Shown here piece by piece: positions 33,124 through 43,042 of a DNA stretch of 64,000 nt; within the stretch, counting starts at the first letter, position 1; every line of letters starts with the position of its first letter. The notes under the pieces were generated by a model. The model was not told the origin of the DNA, did no database searches, and saw only the letters and a list, made by a program, of their open reading frames with translations. Origin of the DNA: Longimicrobiales bacterium (lineage in GTDB: Bacteria; Gemmatimonadota; Gemmatimonadetes; Longimicrobiales; Gaopeijiaceae); NCBI GenBank assembly GCA_965226375.1, contig CBDDCX010000008.1, positions 1,472,001-1,536,000 of the forward strand. The letters are read 5' to 3'. Position numbers and translations under genes: made by a program.

Positions 33124-34962
33124 TCACTCCACCGTGACGGACTTGGCCAGGTTTCGCGGCTGATCGACGTCACATCCGCGTTGGATGGCCGCGTGGTAGG
33201 CCAAGAGCTGAAGGGGGATCGTGGTGAGGATGGGTAGCAGCGCCGGGATGGTGTGTGGTACCTGGATGACGTGGTCCACTCGTTCCGCCAGCTCCGGAGC
33301 CGCATCACTCACCACCGCGATAATGCGGCCGTTGCGGGCGCTCACCTCTTCGATGTTGGACACCACCTTGCCGTACACCGCGTCCCTGGGAGCCAGGACT
33401 ACCACGGGCATGTTCTCGTCGATCAGCGCGATAGGCCCGTGCTTCATTTCCGCCGCCGGATACCCCTCGGCATGGATGTAGCTCACTTCCTTGAGCTTGA
33501 GCGCCCCTTCGAGCGCCACCGGAAACTGATACCCACGCCCCAGATAGAGGAAGTTCTGGGAGTGGGCGTCTTGCCCCGCCAACTGCCTGATCACCGGCTC
33601 CAGCTTCAGGGTCTCTGCCACCTGCTCGGGGAGTTGCCGGAGGGCGGCGACGATCTCACGGCCCTGCACGTTCGAGAGATTGCGACGGCGACCCAGATAC
33701 AACGTGAACAACAACAGCGCCACAATCTGGCTGGTGAAGGCCTTGGTAGAGGCGACCCCGACCTCGGGACCGGCGTGCAGGTAGATGCCGAAGTCGGTCT
33801 CACGCGCAATAGTGGAGCCGACCACGTTTACGATCCCCATGGTGGGAGCGCCTCTGCTCCTCGCCTCCCTGAGCGCGGCCAGGGTGTCGGCGGTCTCGCC
33901 CGACTGACTGATGGCCAGAACGAGAGTGCCGGGCTCGATCACCGGGCTCCGGTATCGGAATTCGGAAGCGTACTCCACCTCCACGGGAATTCCCGCAAGC
34001 TCCTCGAGCATGTACTCGCCTATGAGCGCAGCGTGCCAGCTCGTTCCGCAGGCGGTGATCACAATGCGCTTGACCTGCGAGAGTTCCTCGTCGGTGAGCG
34101 TGATGCCGCCGAGGCGGGCGTCTCCCTCCTCCTCGAGAAGGCGACCCCGCATGACGTCGCGTAGGCTGGTGGGCTGTTCGCAGATTTCCTTGAGCATGTA
34201 GTGGGGGTAACCGCCCTTTTCGGCGGCCTCCAGGTCCCACTCCACGTGATGGATGGAGCGCTTCACCTCACCGTGCTCCAGGTTGAGGAGCCGGTATCCG
34301 GCGGCGGTCAACACAGCGCCGTCGCCGTCGTTCAGGTAGATGACGTCCTTCGTGTGTTGGATCACCGCCGATGCGTCGGAGCCGGCGAGGTTCTCTCCGT
34401 TCTTGCCGACCCCGACCAAAAGCGGACTGCCGTTGCGGGCGACTACGATCTTGCCCGGATCCCTACTGCTGACCACGGCGATCCCATACGCGCCTTCGAC
34501 CTGGAGGAGGGCGGCCACGACGGCATCCTCCAGAGTCTCGTTCTCGCGAAACGCCTCATCGATGAGGTGCACCACGGCCTCTGTGTCGGTCTCGGTCTCA
34601 AACACGTATCCGAGTTCAACGAGCTTGCCACGCAGCAGGGCGGCGTTTTCGAAGATCCCGTTGTGGACCATGGCAATGTCGCCTGCACGGCTCCGATGGG
34701 GATGTGCGTTCGGTTGATTGGGAGCGCCGTGAGTGGCCCAGCGCGTATGCGCGATGCCACAGGTACCCTCAGGCATCTCGGTCTCGAGGAGTAGCTCCAG
34801 CTCTCTCAGCTTTCCCGCCTGCTTCACCGTCCGAAGGCATCCGTCCTGGCCCAGGACGGCCATCCCGGCCGAATCGTATCCGCGATACTCGAGTCGACGC
34901 AGACCCTCCAACAGGATCGGCCCGGCCTCCTTGGAGCCCACGTACCCGACGATTCCGCACAT
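33124..34962 (-). CDS. glmS: Glutamine--fructose-6-phosphate transaminase
   Basis: [44 protein letters not shown]. Confidence 0.98.
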   Translation of the reverse strand: MCGIVGYVGSKEAGPILLEGLRRLEYRGYDSAGMAVLGQDGCLRTVKQAGKLRELELLLETEMPEGTCGIAHTRWATHGAPNQPNAHPHRSRAGDIAMVHNGIFENAALLRGKLVELGYVFETETDTEAVVHLIDEAFRENETLEDAVVAALLQVEGAYGIAVVSSRDPGKIVVARNGSPLLVGVGKNGENLAGSDASAVIQHTKDVIYLNDGDGAVLTAAGYRLLNLEHGEVKRSIHHVEWDLEAAEKGGYPHYMLKEICEQPTSLRDVMRGRLLEEEGDARLGGITLTDEELSQVKRIVITACGTSWHAALIGEYMLEELAGIPVEVEYASEFRYRSPVIEPGTLVLAISQSGETADTLAALREARSRGAPTMGIVNVVGSTIARETDFGIYLHAGPEVGVASTKAFTSQIVALLLFTLYLGRRRNLSNVQGREIVAALRQLPEQVAETLKLEPVIRQLAGQDAHSQNFLYLGRGYQFPVALEGALKLKEVSYIHAEGYPAAEMKHGPIALIDENMPVVVLAPRDAVYGKVVSNIEEVSARNGRIIAVVSDAAPELAERVDHVIQVPHTIPALLPILTTIPLQLLAYHAAIQRGCDVDQPRNLAKSVTVE

Positions 34963-35227
34963 ATCTGGCTACCCTAGGAGGAACCTGAGACACCGCATCG
35001 GTGAGCGGAGCGCCGACCCGACCTCGGAATCCGGACACACTCACCACCAGCCCATCTGGAAGTTAGACTATCGAGATTTCCTCGAAGACCGTCAACGCCA
35101 GGCGGTGGCACTGCCTGCACCGGCTCGGGTACATTCCGGCCATCCACGGGTCCCTCCGCGCCAGCTCCACTGCGGCTCCGGACAGGACACCCGACGCAGC
35201 ATCACAGATACCCATCGTGAGGAGTGA

Positions 35228-36388
35228 ATGACGACGACATCCGGGGACGGAGCCCGATTCGGAACGCTCGCCATCCATGCCGGACAGGAGCCCGAGGCCG
35301 AGACCGGAGCCATCATGCCTCCGATCTTCCAGACCTCTACCTACGTGCAGCCCGACGTAGCCAAGCCCAAAAAGGGTTATGACTACGCCCGGGTCCAGAA
35401 CCCGACCCGGGAGGCCTTGGAGCGTAACGTGGCCGCGCTGGAAGGTGGAAAACACGGCGTCGCATTCGCGAGCGGCCTGTCCGCCATCGAGTCCGTAGTC
35501 AAGCGACTCTCGGCAGGCGATCACATCGTGAGTGAGGAGAACACGTACGGCGGGGTCACGCGCATGTTCACACGCGTACTCGACAAGCTCGGTCTGGAGT
35601 TTTCCTTCGTAGACACGCGTGACCCCGACCGGATCCGTGAGGCCATGCGGCCGAACACCCGGCTCGTGCACGTCGAGACGCCGACCAACCCCCTCATGCG
35701 TATCTGCGACCTGGCCGCTGCGGCCGACATCGCTCACCAGGCAGGCGCCATTCTCATGGTGGACAACACGTTTGCGTCGCCCTTCAACCAGCGCCCCCTC
35801 GAGCTGGGTGCGGACGTCACGGTGCACTCGTCCACCAAGTATCTGAACGGTCACTCGGACATCATCGGCGGGATCCTCGCGGTGAACGACGACGAGCTCG
35901 CGGAAGATATCCGCTTTGTGAGAAAGTCCACCGGTGCCGTCCCGGGACCCATGGATGCCTGGCTCTGCCTTCGGGGCACAAAGACACTCCACGTGCGAAT
36001 GGAGAGACACAACGCGAACGGCTTGGCGGTGGCACAGCACCTCGAGGAACACCCCGCTGTGAGGCGTGTCATCTATCCGGGACTCGACTCACACTCTCAG
36101 CACGATCTCGCTCGCAGCCAGATGTCGGGTTTCACGGGAATGGTGGCGCTCGACCTGGGCGACCCCGATCAGGCCCGGGCCCTGGCCACAGGCACTGACG
36201 TGTTCCAGCTTGCCGAGAGTCTCGGGGGTGTGGAGTCGCTGATCAGCATTCCGGCGCTGCAGACGCACGCCTCGGTGCCGAAGGATCTGCGAGAGGCCAT
36301 GGGAGTCACGGAAGGACTGGTACGGCTCTCTGTGGGCATCGAGGATCTGCAGGATCTGCTCGAAGACCTGGATCAGGCTCTGGCCTGA
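35228..36388 (+). CDS. Cystathionine gamma-lyase/synthase family PLP enzyme
   Basis: PPIFQTSTY, NPTR, ETPTNP, DNTFASP, HSSTKYLNGHSD, LAESLGGVESL. Confidence 0.93.
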   Translation: MTTTSGDGARFGTLAIHAGQEPEAETGAIMPPIFQTSTYVQPDVAKPKKGYDYARVQNPTREALERNVAALEGGKHGVAFASGLSAIESVVKRLSAGDHIVSEENTYGGVTRMFTRVLDKLGLEFSFVDTRDPDRIREAMRPNTRLVHVETPTNPLMRICDLAAAADIAHQAGAILMVDNTFASPFNQRPLELGADVTVHSSTKYLNGHSDIIGGILAVNDDELAEDIRFVRKSTGAVPGPMDAWLCLRGTKTLHVRMERHNANGLAVAQHLEEHPAVRRVIYPGLDSHSQHDLARSQMSGFTGMVALDLGDPDQARALATGTDVFQLAESLGGVESLISIPALQTHASVPKDLREAMGVTEGLVRLSVGIEDLQDLLEDLDQALA

Positions 36389-36468
36389 AACTTCTCTCGG
36401 GGGAGCCGCGTACAGCCGATAAGAACGCGGCGGCCTTCGGCCCTAGCGGTAAGGACACAAGGAGATAG

Positions 36469-37494
36469 ATGGCCATGGCTGGTGATAACGACCAAGAGAA
36501 CGGCAACGGAGAGAACGGCGAAGACGAGCAGGACGCACGTGCACGTCGCATCCTGACCGACATCGCGCCGCGCTCCTGGGAGCACCCGGCGGATCGCGCA
36601 GCCCTGGCGGCCTTGCGTAAAATTCCGGTCTTCGACGACGTACTCCGCAAGCTCTTCGGGTTCTTCGGCGAGAAGCCGATTCGCCTGGCGTTCCTGGCGA
36701 ACTCGGTGCGGGTTTCCGAGCGCCAGTTCCCCAGGGTCCAGAGTCTGTACAAGGACGTTCTCCAGACCCTGGACGCACCTGAGGACTATCCTCTGTTCGT
36801 CTCCCAGACGCCCATCGTGAACGCCGGCGCCTACGGCATGGATGAGCCGTTCATCATCCTGAACTCCGGAACCGTCAAGCTCCTGGACGACGAACAGTTG
36901 TCGTACGTCATGGGCCACGAAGTGGGCCATATCATGAGCGACCACGTCCTGTACCGGACCATGACGGTGCTCCTGATTCAACTCGCCGGGATGGGCTTTC
37001 CCATCGTCGGCCTGGCTGCACGGGCGATTCTGGTTGCGCTCCTCGAGTGGTCCCGGAAGAGCGAGTTGTCGAGCGACCGGGCCGGTCTGCTCTCGGTGCA
37101 GAACCCCCAGGGGGTGATGCACACCATGCTCAAGATGGCAGGCGGCGGAGACGACGACGAGATGAACCTCGACGAGTTCATCATGCAGGCGGAGGAGTAC
37201 AGGGAGACGGGTGACGTGGCGGACCAGGTCTTCAAGGTGCTGAACCTGATGGGCCAAAGCCATCCCTTCTACGTGCTTCGTGTCGCGGAAATCCGTTCCT
37301 GGATCGAAGAGGGTGCATACGATCGAATCATCCGAGGCGAGTACCAGCACCGGGGTGATCCGGATCCGGCCTACAAGGATGATCTCAACGATGCGGCCTC
37401 GGCGTACGCGCAGGGCGCCAAAGATCTCTTCGGGCAGGTCACCGGCGCCGCAAAGCGCATGGCCGACGACATCATGGGAAGCGTCAAGCGGTAG
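36469..37494 (+). CDS. M48-family zinc metallopeptidase
   Basis: WEHPAD, VNAGAYG, GHEVGH, ELSSDRAG, SHP. Confidence 0.88.
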   Translation: MAMAGDNDQENGNGENGEDEQDARARRILTDIAPRSWEHPADRAALAALRKIPVFDDVLRKLFGFFGEKPIRLAFLANSVRVSERQFPRVQSLYKDVLQTLDAPEDYPLFVSQTPIVNAGAYGMDEPFIILNSGTVKLLDDEQLSYVMGHEVGHIMSDHVLYRTMTVLLIQLAGMGFPIVGLAARAILVALLEWSRKSELSSDRAGLLSVQNPQGVMHTMLKMAGGGDDDEMNLDEFIMQAEEYRETGDVADQVFKVLNLMGQSHPFYVLRVAEIRSWIEEGAYDRIIRGEYQHRGDPDPAYKDDLNDAASAYAQGAKDLFGQVTGAAKRMADDIMGSVKR

Positions 37495-37533
37495 CGATAA
37501 GAGACTAGGCTGGTCCCTTCCGGGACCTGCGGA

Positions 37534-37571
37534 AACGGGCAACCGGGCAACCGGTTGCCCGTTCTTTTTTT
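37534..37571 (+). terminator. Strong intrinsic terminator
   Basis: 13-bp stem AACGGGCAACCGG-GCAA-CCGGTTGCCCGTT followed by C and T7. Confidence 0.88.
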
Positions 37572-37580
37572 GGGGCTATT

Positions 37581-37879
37581 CTGGAGGCCTACTGAGGAAG
37601 TACAGTGGGTCGCGCGACCCGCGCCTTCGGCGCGGGTGCCCCGGGTCTTGCGAGGCTCAGACTAGGAACGACGACGAGTCGTAGCAGGGCTACGGCGAGG
37701 AGGAGAGACAACGTATGAGACCGCAACCCCCCTGTGCCCTCCGGGTTAGGGCGGCGAGGGCCCATCGCGGGTGTTGGCGCTCCTCCCCGATACTTAAGCA
37801 TCGCGTCGTCGCGCCGCCTACGCGCTGGACCCTCGGCGCTCCTAACGCGACCCGCTGTACTTCCTCAGCAGGCCTCTAG
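37581..37879. mobile_element. MITE-like palindromic non-coding element with 34-bp terminal inverted repeats
   Basis: Left end CTGGAGGCCTACTGAGGAAGTACAGTGGGTCGCG (37581-37614) and right end CGCGACCCGCTGTACTTCCTCAGCAGGCCTCTAG (37846-37879) are 31/34 complementary. The interior holds nested hairpins and no credible ORF. Confidence 0.7.
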
Positions 37880-37882
37880 GCC

Positions 37883-39175
37883 ATGCGCATTCTCATCGTT
37901 GGTAACGGCGGCCGGGAGCACACCCTGGCCTGGAAGCTCGACCGGGACGCAAGAGACGCCACCATCTTCGTCACCCAGCCCAACGGGGGAATGGTAGGCT
38001 CCGTCGAAAGCCTTGAGATCGCTCCGGGAGACGTTGAAGCTCTGGCGGGCTGGGCTCATGCTCAGCAGATCGACATGGTGGTCATCGGACCGGAGGCACC
38101 GCTGGCCTCGGGTCTCGCGGATCGCCTGCACCGTAGCGGCGTGCCCGTGTTCGGCCCTACCAAAGCCGCGGCCCGCATCGAGTCGAGCAAGGTCTACGCC
38201 AAGGAACTCATGCAGCGTGCGGGCGTCTCTACGGCCGGCTTCGCGGCGTTCAGTGACCCGGCCGAGGCCGCCAGCTACCTGAAGGACGGCGGCGCTCCCG
38301 TGGTCGTCAAAGCTTCCGGCCTGGCTGCCGGAAAAGGGGCCGTGGTCTGCGAGACCGTCGATGAAGCCCTCGCGACGGTAGATCGAATGATGACGGACCG
38401 CGTGTTCGGCGAAGCGGGCCGCGAGGTGGTCATCGAGGAGTTCATGTATGGAGAGGAGCTTTCGGTCTTCGCGTTGGCGGACGGTCGGGACGCCATGCTC
38501 ATGCTCCCGTCGCAGGATCACAAACGCGTCGGCGAGGGGGAAACGGGCCCCAACACAGGCGGCATGGGGGCATACGCCCCGGTAGCTCTGGCGACCCCCG
38601 AACTCTTGTCCGACGTGCTGGACCGTGTCATCCGGCCGACCCTGGCCGCCCTGGCAGAAGACGACTCCGAATTTCGGGGACTGCTCTACGCCGGCCTGAT
38701 GCTCACGGATCAGGGGCCCAGGGTCGTGGAGTTCAACTGCCGTTTCGGGGACCCCGAGACACAGGTGGTGCTGCCCTTGCTCGAGTCGTCCCTCCTGGCT
38801 CCCATGCTGGAGATCGCACGCGGAGGACACCTGGGCGGTGCCACGCTGGAGTGGAGCAGCAGAGCGGCTTTGACGACCGTCGTGGCCTCCGAGGGATATC
38901 CCGGCCAATACGAAAACGGCCGGCGAATCGACATCCCGGACAGCCTGTCTTCGGACCCCGACGTGCTGCTCTTCCACGCGGGCACCAGAATGGGCCCGGA
39001 CGGCCTCGAGACCTCGGGCGGACGCGTGATCGCGGTGACCGGCCTCGGCTCGACCCTGAGCCAAGCGGCGGCCAAGAGTCGCGCGGCGGCCGCCACCATC
39101 GACTTCGACGGCAAGCTTTTCCGGAGCGATATCGGGTGGAGAGAGTTCGCCCGATCCGAGCGGGAACGTCCCTAA
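37883..39175 (+). CDS. purD: Phosphoribosylamine--glycine ligase
   Basis: GNGGREH, IGPEAPL, GLAAGKG, QDHKR, GPNTGGMG, EFNCRFGDPE. Confidence 0.97.
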   Translation: MRILIVGNGGREHTLAWKLDRDARDATIFVTQPNGGMVGSVESLEIAPGDVEALAGWAHAQQIDMVVIGPEAPLASGLADRLHRSGVPVFGPTKAAARIESSKVYAKELMQRAGVSTAGFAAFSDPAEAASYLKDGGAPVVVKASGLAAGKGAVVCETVDEALATVDRMMTDRVFGEAGREVVIEEFMYGEELSVFALADGRDAMLMLPSQDHKRVGEGETGPNTGGMGAYAPVALATPELLSDVLDRVIRPTLAALAEDDSEFRGLLYAGLMLTDQGPRVVEFNCRFGDPETQVVLPLLESSLLAPMLEIARGGHLGGATLEWSSRAALTTVVASEGYPGQYENGRRIDIPDSLSSDPDVLLFHAGTRMGPDGLETSGGRVIAVTGLGSTLSQAAAKSRAAAATIDFDGKLFRSDIGWREFARSERERP

Positions 39176-39204
39176 CCCTTCTTGCCCGCCGAGGACATCA
39201 ACCC

Positions 39205-40032
39205 ATGCCGGAACTCCCCGAGGTCGAGACCATCGTCCGTGGACTCCGGCCAGGGCTCACGGGCCGTTCGATCCATCGCATCCGAGTCTTACGACCCGAT
39301 GTCCTGCGACAGTCTCCCCGGAGCTTCTCAGCCCGATTGAGAGGACGGACCGTCCAATCCGTGTCGCGGCGCGGAAAGAACATCGTCATCTCCCTTTTTG
39401 AGGAGCGGGTTCTGGTGGTGAACCTCGGCATGACGGGCCGCCTGCTCCTGGCCGGCCCCGAGGCGCGGGCGACACATCCGGCCGTTCGCTTCACTCTCGA
39501 CCAGGGGCCGACCATGGTCTTCGACGACGTGCGCCGCTTCGGAGCGTTGGAGGCACTCACAATCGACGAATGGGATCTACGATCTCGAAAGCTCGGACCC
39601 GAGCCCCTTTCTACCGGTTACACGGCCAGGCGTCTCCACACCGACCTCGGCCGGTCCTCGTCGCCCATCCGATCCTGGTTGCTGGACCAGCGTCGCATAG
39701 CGGGTGTAGGAAACATCTACGCGAACGAGGCTCTGTACCTGGCCGGCATTCACCCACAACGCCCCGCCAAGTCGGTGAGCGAGGCAGAAGCTCGGGCGCT
39801 CCACCGAACCATACGGGAAGTCCTGCGCCAGGCGATTCGGAATCGCGGCACCACGTTGCGGGACTATCGGGACGCGCGGGGGGCCCCCGGTGAGAATGCC
39901 GTGACCCTGCAGGTATATGGCCGTGCCGGGGAGCCATGCCTCAACTGTTCTACGGGGATCCGTCGATTGGTCTTTGGAAATCGATCCGCCTTCTACTGCC
40001 CGACCTGTCAGCCGGTTACAAGCCGCGCATGA
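39205..40032 (+). CDS. mutM: Formamidopyrimidine-DNA glycosylase
   Basis: MPELPEVE, RRGK, LGMTG, GVGNIYANE, CLNC...CPTCQ zinc finger. Confidence 0.96.
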   Translation: MPELPEVETIVRGLRPGLTGRSIHRIRVLRPDVLRQSPRSFSARLRGRTVQSVSRRGKNIVISLFEERVLVVNLGMTGRLLLAGPEARATHPAVRFTLDQGPTMVFDDVRRFGALEALTIDEWDLRSRKLGPEPLSTGYTARRLHTDLGRSSSPIRSWLLDQRRIAGVGNIYANEALYLAGIHPQRPAKSVSEAEARALHRTIREVLRQAIRNRGTTLRDYRDARGAPGENAVTLQVYGRAGEPCLNCSTGIRRLVFGNRSAFYCPTCQPVTSRA

Positions 40033-41552
40033 CTCGCACCGCACGGCTCTGGAAGGGCGGGGTGCTCGCCACGATGCTGGCGGGGGGGATCGCGACGAGC
40101 GCAGGGCAGGCCCGCGCTCAGGTGTCGACGGGGGTCGACCTCCCGGTCGTGGAGCACGAGCTCGCCAACGGCATGAGGTGGCTGGTGCTGCCCCGCCACG
40201 GATCACCCACCGCCTCCCTGGTCGTGCAGTATGCCCTGGGCGGTGTGAACGAGGTCCCCGGCAACACCGGCATCGCCCATCTCCTCGAGCACCTGCTGTT
40301 CAAGGGAACCACCACTCTCGGCACCCTCGACATAGATGCGGAGCGGGGACTCTTCGCGAGGATGGATGCCATTGAGGACTCGGTTCGGACCATGGAGACC
40401 GAAGGAGCTCCGGCCACGGCGATTACGCCGTTGCTCGAGCGTATCCGTCTGTTGGAAGAGGATGCCGCGGCCTACGTGGTGTCGAACGAGATGGACCGCA
40501 TTCTCTCCAAGAACGGCGCTCGCGGACTCAATGCCAGCACCGACGCAGAGTCCACCACCTACTACGTGGAGCTTCCCTCGAACCGTCTGGAATTGTGGTT
40601 CCTGCTCGAATCGGACCGTATTCGGGATCCCGTCTTCCGTGAGTTCTACACGGAGCGGGACGTGGTGGCCGAAGAGCGACGCCTCCGGGTCGAGACTCAG
40701 CCGGGCGGACTCCTTTACGAGACCCACATAGGCGAGTCATTCACGGTGCACCCCTACGGCCAGCCCGTCGTGGGGTCCATGTCGGACATCCGGCAGCTCG
40801 ACCGCAAGAGGGTGCGGGAGTACTACGAGCGTTACTACGGGCCGTACAATGCCGTGGTGGCCATCGTCGGCGACGTGGATCCGCTCCAGATGATCGAGTG
40901 GGCCGTACGATACTTCAGCGACCTACGTGCAGGAGATCCGCCCCCTCCGGTCGTCTCCCGCGAGCCGGAACAGCGGCGGGAGCGTCGCGCCGAGGTCGTG
41001 TTCGACGCCGAACCGCAGGTGCGAATCGGTTGGCATGTGCCCGAGCAGGAGCATCCCGACACACCGGCGCTGTCGATGCTGTCCGCGTTGCTCACCGGAG
41101 GGCGGACGGCCCGGTTGCACCAGCGACTCGTCCTCGGCGAGCGACTCGCGACGCGGGTCGGTTCGGTCATGGGCCCGGGGGCTCGTTTCCCCCGTTTGTT
41201 CACGATCGACGCGAACACGCTGTTTCCTCATACCACCCATGAGATCGAGGCCGCCGTCTACGCCGAGCTGGATTCCCTGAGACGCACGCCGCCGTCCGAA
41301 CCGGAGCTGCAACGCATCCGCAACCAGCTCGAAGCAAGTCAGGTCAGAGCCCTGACGTCCCACCTCGGCCTCGCGTTTCAGCTGTCCGGATCCGCATCGA
41401 AGTTCGGGGATTGGAGAACCGGATTCCGTGACAGGGAACGCCTGGCCGAGGTACAACCCGAAGACGTCAGCCGGGTCGTGGCGGCCTACTTCACTCGCGA
41501 GAACCGCACGGTAGCATCTCTTGTTCGGGCCGACACGGGGTCGGAACGGTGA
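40029..41552 (+). CDS. M16-family zinc peptidase, catalytic subunit (exported)
   Basis: Signal peptide, GIAHLLEHLLFKGT (HxxEH), NAST, ERDVVAEERR. Confidence 0.9.
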   Translation: MTRTARLWKGGVLATMLAGGIATSAGQARAQVSTGVDLPVVEHELANGMRWLVLPRHGSPTASLVVQYALGGVNEVPGNTGIAHLLEHLLFKGTTTLGTLDIDAERGLFARMDAIEDSVRTMETEGAPATAITPLLERIRLLEEDAAAYVVSNEMDRILSKNGARGLNASTDAESTTYYVELPSNRLELWFLLESDRIRDPVFREFYTERDVVAEERRLRVETQPGGLLYETHIGESFTVHPYGQPVVGSMSDIRQLDRKRVREYYERYYGPYNAVVAIVGDVDPLQMIEWAVRYFSDLRAGDPPPPVVSREPEQRRERRAEVVFDAEPQVRIGWHVPEQEHPDTPALSMLSALLTGGRTARLHQRLVLGERLATRVGSVMGPGARFPRLFTIDANTLFPHTTHEIEAAVYAELDSLRRTPPSEPELQRIRNQLEASQVRALTSHLGLAFQLSGSASKFGDWRTGFRDRERLAEVQPEDVSRVVAAYFTRENRTVASLVRADTGSER

Positions 41553-43042
41553 ACACGTCCGGATTCCGTGTGACGTCCGGGCTCGTGGCTTTCATCACGC
41601 TTGCCATAGAGCTTCCGGCCCAGGAGACGGTGCGGCGGCACATTGCTGATCTCGAGTTCGCCGAGTTGGAGTTCCTCCCGCCCGAGCCTCAGCGCTACAC
41701 GCTCGAGCCCGGAGTCGACGTCTTTCTGCTCGAGGACCACACCCTGCCGCTCGTAACCGTATACGCCCGCTTCAAGGGCGGACCGCGCCATTTTCGACGC
41801 GACGAGCTGGGAGCGTCCACGGCCGTACCCATACTTCTCCGATCGAGCGGCACCACCGATCTGTCGCCGGACTCCGTGGACAAGTTCTTGGAGTTCTATG
41901 CGACCCAGACGACGTTCGGAGGAGGAGGAGGCACCTCGTTCAGTAACGTGAACATGCTCGTGCGGCATTTGGACGACGTGCTCCCCATCTGGGGTCACCT
42001 GCTGAAGAGGCCGGCCTTCGACGAGGAATCCATCGAGGTGTGGCGCGGCCAGGAACTTGAAGACGTACGACGCAAAGGGGACACGCCCGGTCGCCTTGCG
42101 GTCTCGAAGTTCAATCGACTGCTCTTCGGGGACCACCCCATCGGTTGGGAGTTGGGAGCCGAAGATCTGGAGGCCGAAGACCTCACAGCCGAGACTCTCA
42201 GATCCGTACACGGCGGGATCTATTGCACCGACAACCTCACGTTGGGTGTCACCGGCGACGTCACGTGGGAAGAGATGCGTCCGAGGCTGGAGACCCTGCT
42301 CGCCGACTGGCCACCCTGCGACCGTCCGTTGACCGAGCCCCCCCTGCCCGACCAGGTGGTCGAGCCCGGCGTGTACCTGGTGCCGAGGGAGCTCGAGCAG
42401 AGCACGGTCGTGATCGGAAGGCCCAGCCGTATCCGGCTCGGCGACGAGCTGGAGTACTTCTCGTCGAGAATCGGCAACACCATCCTCGGTGGGTCGGGTC
42501 TGACGAGCCGTCTCGTGACCCGAGTGCGGACGGAGGATGGCCTCGCCTATTCGGCCGCTTCGGTATGGACCGCACCCAGACGATCGGCAGGTATCGTAGG
42601 CGCCATCACGCAAACAAAGAGCGAATCGACGGTGGCCGCCATCCGCTCGATCCTCGGCGTCTTCCGGGGGATGTCGACGGATCCACCCGACGACGCGGAG
42701 GTCAGTGACGCGATCGACCGTATCGTGAACGGATTCGTGTTCAACTTCGAGAACCCCGGGCAGATCGTCTCACGGCAGATGCTCTACAACACTCAGGATC
42801 TTCCTCTGGATTGGCTCACACGGTACCTGGAGGGAATCCAGGGCGTGACGTCAGAATCCGTCGAGGCCCTGTTCCGCAGCCATCTCTCGTCGCGCGACAT
42901 CGACGACATGGTCATCCTGGTGGTCGGCGATCCGGACGTGTTCGACCCCGGGCTGGAGGAGTGCGGGCCCATCAGGATCGTCGATCTCGAGGGGAGCGTC
43001 CTGGGTGGACGGGACGCCCCCGTCGAGGGCTTCAGCTGCTGA
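41549..43042 (+). CDS. M16-family peptidase, non-catalytic partner subunit
   Basis: LEDHTLPLV, ILGGSGLTSRL, VRTEDGLAYS; no HxxEH motif. Confidence 0.85.
   Translation: MNTSGFRVTSGLVAFITLAIELPAQETVRRHIADLEFAELEFLPPEPQRYTLEPGVDVFLLEDHTLPLVTVYARFKGGPRHFRRDELGASTAVPILLRSSGTTDLSPDSVDKFLEFYATQTTFGGGGGTSFSNVNMLVRHLDDVLPIWGHLLKRPAFDEESIEVWRGQELEDVRRKGDTPGRLAVSKFNRLLFGDHPIGWELGAEDLEAEDLTAETLRSVHGGIYCTDNLTLGVTGDVTWEEMRPRLETLLADWPPCDRPLTEPPLPDQVVEPGVYLVPRELEQSTVVIGRPSRIRLGDELEYFSSRIGNTILGGSGLTSRLVTRVRTEDGLAYSAASVWTAPRRSAGIVGAITQTKSESTVAAIRSILGVFRGMSTDPPDDAEVSDAIDRIVNGFVFNFENPGQIVSRQMLYNTQDLPLDWLTRYLEGIQGVTSESVEALFRSHLSSRDIDDMVILVVGDPDVFDPGLEECGPIRIVDLEGSVLGGRDAPVEGFSC

Noticed and set aside
34963..35227. 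glmS ribozyme upstream of glmS, or SAM/SAH riboswitch upstream of the cystathionine lyase
   Set aside because: I could not find the conserved cores by eye; only short generic hairpins are present. An Rfam scan would be decisive.
37589..37801. 70-aa ORF inside the palindromic element
   Set aside because: No recognisable domain or SD; its sequence is explained by the hairpin structure.
37581..37879. 6S RNA, tmRNA, RNase P or SRP identity for the element
   Set aside because: No hallmark motifs (tRNA-like ends, RNase P P4 GAGGAAAGTCC, SRP loop). The terminal inverted repeats and two-strand symmetry fit a DNA element better.
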